A stretch of DNA of 54,151 nucleotides, taken from the NCBI RefSeq assembly GCF_001194135.2, contig NC_068998.1, positions 1,282,647-1,336,797 of the forward strand, read 5' to 3'. Each line of letters starts with the position of its first letter. The first letter of the stretch is position 1. The notes under the pieces are model-generated. The model was not told the origin of the DNA. It was given only the letters and a program-made list of their open reading frames with translations, and searched no databases. This document shows positions 49,580 to 54,151 of the stretch, in pieces. The DNA comes from Octopus bimaculoides. Lineage: Eukaryota. A program made the position numbers and the translations under genes.

Positions 49580-49720
49580 ATACCACTTGCTTTATTGACC
49601 CCAAAAGGATGAAATGTAAATTCGACCTCAGCAGAAATTGAACTCAGAACATGAAAACAGACGAAATGCTGTTAAGCATTTCATCCGGGGTGCAAACAAT
49701 TTTGTCAGCTCTCGCCACCT
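49580..49720 (-). mobile_element. SINE family A, 5' and central part
   Basis: aaaggatgaaatgtaaattcgacctcagcagaaattgaactcagaac...tttgtcagctctcgccacct. Confidence 0.82.
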
Positions 49721-49858
49721 GGGTAGACGGATCGTAAATAAAACATATTTTAATTACAAACAATTTATTGAATTAAAACTATGTGAAAACATTGCACAGG
49801 TTTAGGCTGAAGTATTTGCATGTAGACACGTGTGAGGATAGAAACGCTTTGGGGGGAT

Positions 49859-49899
<41 letters not shown>

Positions 49900-50911
49900 T
49901 GTGCGTGTGTGTGTGTATACAAATACATTCATACACACACACACACAAGCACACTCACACACATGCATGTATGTGTATATATATATATATATATATATCG
50001 GAAATCCAATGATCCAGCTTTGTTCCTTGGTTGCAAATCCTGGATCTTTTCCTTGGAGAAAAATCTAAGAAAATCGGGGATCCCGAAAAAAGGGAAAAGG
50101 TAAAAAGACTGCGAGTGGCGCGTGCATTCTCCCACGCTAATTTCCAAGTGATTTATCTTAATTTAGACGGCACGATAAAAATAAGTCACAGCACGATGGC
50201 GCCAAGCTAATGACCCGTGACTGGATGTAGGGGTCAAGTCTACGACGATGACCCCGGCCTAGCCAGTGGTGGACCAAAGAGGAATTCCCCAATTGTCTTA
50301 TGTCGTCTTGAATTGGCTCGCTTCACGCTAACTCCTCCGCCAAGAAACCCGATAGCCTTGTTTGAAGGCCCCCCCCTGGGCCGCTCCACCCTTGTTTCTC
50401 TCCTCCTCCTCCAATGACCAAAGGTGACATACAAAGTCATAAATCAAAGCATCGTTAGTTGTTTACCTTCATTAATACCTAATAGGTGTAAAACTATATG
50501 AAGTGGCAGGACATGGTCGGATGGGGTGGGTGGAGAAGAGGTGGAGGAGGTGAGGTGGCGAAGAGGTAGAAGGGGAAGAGGAGGAGGATGTAAAGTTGCA
50601 AGGTAGACGAGAAACCACACGAAATAAAAACAACAAAAACTTCTTTTTTTACATTTAATTTTCCAAGTGTCACCCCGCCCCCACTCATCTATCTCCCCCA
50701 CGCCCACCTTTCTCTTCTTCCCACGAATACTTTGTTCTCGACTGATATTGTTATGTTTGCGGTGTTGTTGTTATTCTTGTTGTTATTCCTGTTATTGGTT
50801 CAGTTATAATATGCAGCGCGGGGGTCTTAGCGTGTTTGTGTTGAGTGTGTGTGTATGCGTGTGTGTATGTGCGTGCGTTTCTGTGTGTGTATATATATCC
50901 CTGTCAGTCTC

Positions 50912-50964
<53 letters not shown>

Positions 50965-51000
50965 TTATACACACACACTAACACAAACAATAAAAATATT

Positions 51001-51140
51001 ATAGGTTTCCGCCAACCAATTTCATTCGCAAATCACTGGAGCCCCGTGGATCTAGTAAAAGGCACTTTCATAAAAGACCTGTGAAGCGGGACTGAACCCG
51101 AAACTGCGTGGTTGTGAAACGATCTTCATAACCACACAGC
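51001..51140 (-). mobile_element. SINE family B, degraded 5' half
   Basis: gcgggactgaacccgaaactgcgtggttg...ataaccacacagcc is the reverse complement of the family B head. Confidence 0.7.
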
Positions 51141-51653
51141 CTTACTATTTAGTAACACTTTAACTGATGCAAAATATTGTTGGAAAATGGTCAAAGCCGG
51201 TTTGGTTCTCAATAGATTGCCCTGTGCTGTTGAAACGCAGTAGAATTAAAACATGTTCATCGTTTTCCCCTTTGTTTACAAAGATCAGGTTTGATCAGGT
51301 TTGTATGTATGTATGTATGTATGTATGTATGTGTGTATGTATGTACGTGTACGACCGGTTTCACTTAATGCTGTCCGAATCTTTCCCAAATAGCACCCGT
51401 GTGTCTTAAAATATGATGGACAGTGTGTAACATAATCCTTGACGCAGAATGTCTTAATGAAAGAAGGGATGGCCACTGCTGGAAGATTTTTATTAAATGT
51501 GTGCTTGATCAGCGCTGACCTGAGACTAAACAACGTCGTCGTTTATGGATGATGAGAAAGAAAAGTTTAAAATGATGGCGATTTTTAATTTGCGGTCGAT
51601 TGGTGAAGTCGATTCGGGTGCATGAAGAGTGTTTGTTTGTGCTTGTGTGTGCT

Positions 51654-51710
<57 letters not shown>

Positions 51711-51834
51711 NNNNNNNNNNNNNNNNNNNNNNNNNNNNNNNNNNNNNNNNNNNNNNNNNNNNNNNNNNNNNNNNNNNNNNNNNNNNNNNNNNNNNNNNNN
51801 NNNNNNNNNNNNNNNNNNNNNNNNNNNNNNNNNN

Positions 51835-51888
<54 letters not shown>

Positions 51889-52443
51889 GAAAGGGGTAGG
51901 AAGAATGATCTCCCACGAAAAGCGAACATAAATCCGTGTTTATCACCATTTCGTTGACAGTAAGAGAAGCTTTATCCATGTCATCTAACCGTGTGTGTGT
52001 GAGTGTGTATACACAGCCACTTGTTACTAGAAAACACGCGTAATGTATGGGTATGGTCCATCCATCCGTCCAATAATGCGTGCATACATGCATTTAGACG
52101 CACAGGAAGAGAGACTGACCTGCATACATATATGCGTAAATGTACGGAGCGAGGTTTTTCGCGCTACACACACACACACACACGCACTAAAATTATTTAG
52201 TGTATGTATATATGAACATATGTGTATGTGTGTGTATGTATCAATCACATGCCGTATAGATGAGTTTAATTAATGTACACTCACACACACGTGCATTTGT
52301 ATATAGTTTATTTTATTGGTTTCAGCAAGAAGCTAAGCCCATGCTGGGGCACCGCCTTTTAGTGTGACTTGGGTTTCTTTTCTGTACGGTTTCTTGTGAA
52401 GTAGCGGGATGGATGGAGTTGCACTTGTTTGTGCTTCCTGCTG

Positions 52444-52640
52444 TGAAGTCGACCTCGCCGGAATTTGAACGCAGAACGTAAAGACGGACGAAATGTTGCT
52501 TAGCATTTTGTCCGGCATGCCAACGATTCCGTTTGTAGGACGGTAAGTCGATTACACCGACCCCCAGGGCTCCACTAGCATTTATCATATTGACCCCCCA
52601 AAGAATGAAAAGCTAAGTCGACTTTAGGGGAATTTGAGAT
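52444..52640 (-). mobile_element. Two adjacent SINE family A fragments (52444-52533 and ~52540-52640)
   Basis: aagtcgacctcgccggaatttgaacgcagaacgtaaagacggacgaaatg... and ggtaagtcgattacaccgacccc...aagtcgactttaggggaatttga. Confidence 0.85.
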
Positions 52641-52644
52641 TATA

Positions 52645-52855
52645 AGGCAAGCTGGCGGAATCATTAGCACGTCGGACAAAATGCGTAGCTGCATTTCGTC
52701 CGTCTTTACGTTCCGAGTTCAAATTCCGCTATGGCCGGATTTCTCTTTGATCCTTTCAGAGTCGATAAACCAGGTACCACTTGAACACTAGGGTCGCTGT
52801 AATCAACTTACCTCCTCCTCAACAATTACTGACCTTCTGCCAAAATTTGAAATCA
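52645..52855 (+). mobile_element. SINE family A, near full length, head-to-head with the 52444-52533 copy
   Basis: 52692-52713 is the exact reverse complement of 52474-52495. Confidence 0.9.
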
Positions 52856-53284
52856 GTATTATTATCAATTATATTAATTAGTATAATTTGACAAGTACTC
52901 TTAATGAATGATAAGTAATTAATTACGGTAATTAAAATTTATGAAAGTACTAACAATTATATATGTAAAATATATATGTAAAATTAATAATACAAGTTCT
53001 CCTCTGTATATTTAGTAATTGTGTTCAATTATTTGGTATAATTAACCAAACTAGTTGATGATTAGCTTAACCCAGTAAATTATTAGCTGAAATAATATTA
53101 AATATTTTGTAATTGTTAGAGAAACGATAACAGCCTCCAACTCCTGTTCTATTTACGCTTCACATGCACGCATATAAATAACAAGGTAAGCGTTTTGTGT
53201 GTGTGTGTAAGTGTGTGTGTGTGTGTGTGTGCGTGTGTGTGTGTGTGTGTGTGCGTGAGTGTGTGTAGATAGACAGTTAGGTAC

Positions 53285-53448
53285 GGGGTTGCTGCGTGGT
53301 ATGTAGTTTGATTACCAGCCATATGGTTCCGTGTTCAGTCCCTCTCCGTGGTACCTTGGGCAAGTGTCTTCTACTATAGCCTCGGGCCGACCAGAGCCTT
53401 ATGAGTGGATTTGAAAGATGGAAACTGAAAGAAGCCCGTCGTATACAC
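53285..53448 (+). mobile_element. SINE family B, 5' half, ending in (CA)n
   Basis: tRNA-like head, ggttccgtgttcagtccc B-box-like motif, accttgggcaagtgtcttctactatagcctcgggccgacc, ...gaaagaagcccgtcgtatacacac. Confidence 0.88.
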
Positions 53449-53637
53449 ACACACACACACACACACACATATTTATGTATATACGCACACACAATGATCT
53501 CTAGCAGCCGGCGTATTTACACACACCATCGGTCCACCTCCGCACACATGCGTATAAATACGTTTCTGAGTGGGTTTAAGTGTGTGTGTGTGTGTGCATA
53601 AACACACACACACACATATACATGTATACATATATAG

Positions 53638-53711
<74 letters not shown>

Positions 53712-54106
53712 TTATAGATATAGATATATAGACATATATACATGTATGTACTACCCGTAGCTGCCGTTGTATTTAAACTTACACACACGCTTGCATGTGT
53801 GTGTGTATGTGTGTAAGTATGTGTGTGTGTGTGTGAGTGTGTGCACATGTGTTTGTATCTGTGTGTGCGTATGTATGCGAATGCACGTGTAGGTGTGTGT
53901 TTTTGTGTGGTCAACTTGAAAAGAGTGACAGAATAAAAAGCCGTTTAGACAGATTTAATAGGTCTGCTGGAAGGGAGGGGCCCCTATTTTCATTTTATTA
54001 AGGGTCCACAAAGTGAAATAGAGGAGGAGGGACCACTCAAGTGGAGTGTCAAACCTTGTGATTTTCAGGGTCTAAATGATTAGCCATTGTCGCGATTTTA
54101 GGTAGC

Positions 54107-54151
<45 letters not shown>

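Overview
This is eukaryotic, heavily repeat-laden genomic DNA with no prokaryotic features (no operons, rRNA, intact tRNA or CRISPR arrays). About 18 N-gaps (~6.9 kb, ~13%) are almost all bounded by microsatellites. The dense di-, tri- and tetranucleotide microsatellites plus three recurrent tRNA-derived SINE families (here called A, B, C) look like a coleoid cephalopod, most likely Octopus. That assignment is inferred from recalled repeat families, not from a search. Nearly all entries in the supplied ORF track are microsatellite or N-gap artefacts. Recognisable protein-coding remnants are all retrotransposon fragments: two R4/Dong-type RLE LINEs (22.5-23.5 kb, 35.1-35.7 kb), two L1/Tx1-type ORF2 3' ends (13.3-13.5 kb, 20.2-20.65 kb) and a Penelope-like RT C-terminus (2.9-3.1 kb). 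A Penelope-type minimal hammerhead ribozyme motif lies at 11016-11061. No host gene could be identified with confidence, so the window is probably intronic or intergenic, with a few orphan exon-like islands. The most unusual signal is a 240-codon minus-strand frame (43418-44137), missed by the ORF track, with no TAA/TAG but nine TGA codons, one of them at the conserved Trp of an HTH-like motif. It is a candidate UGA=Trp (foreign-code) insertion or recoded ORF, but chance is not excluded. Also notable are closely spaced inverted SINE pairs (potential ADAR dsRNA substrates), a 150-bp foldback with hammerhead-like cores on both arms, and a SINE with an intact 15-bp target-site duplication.
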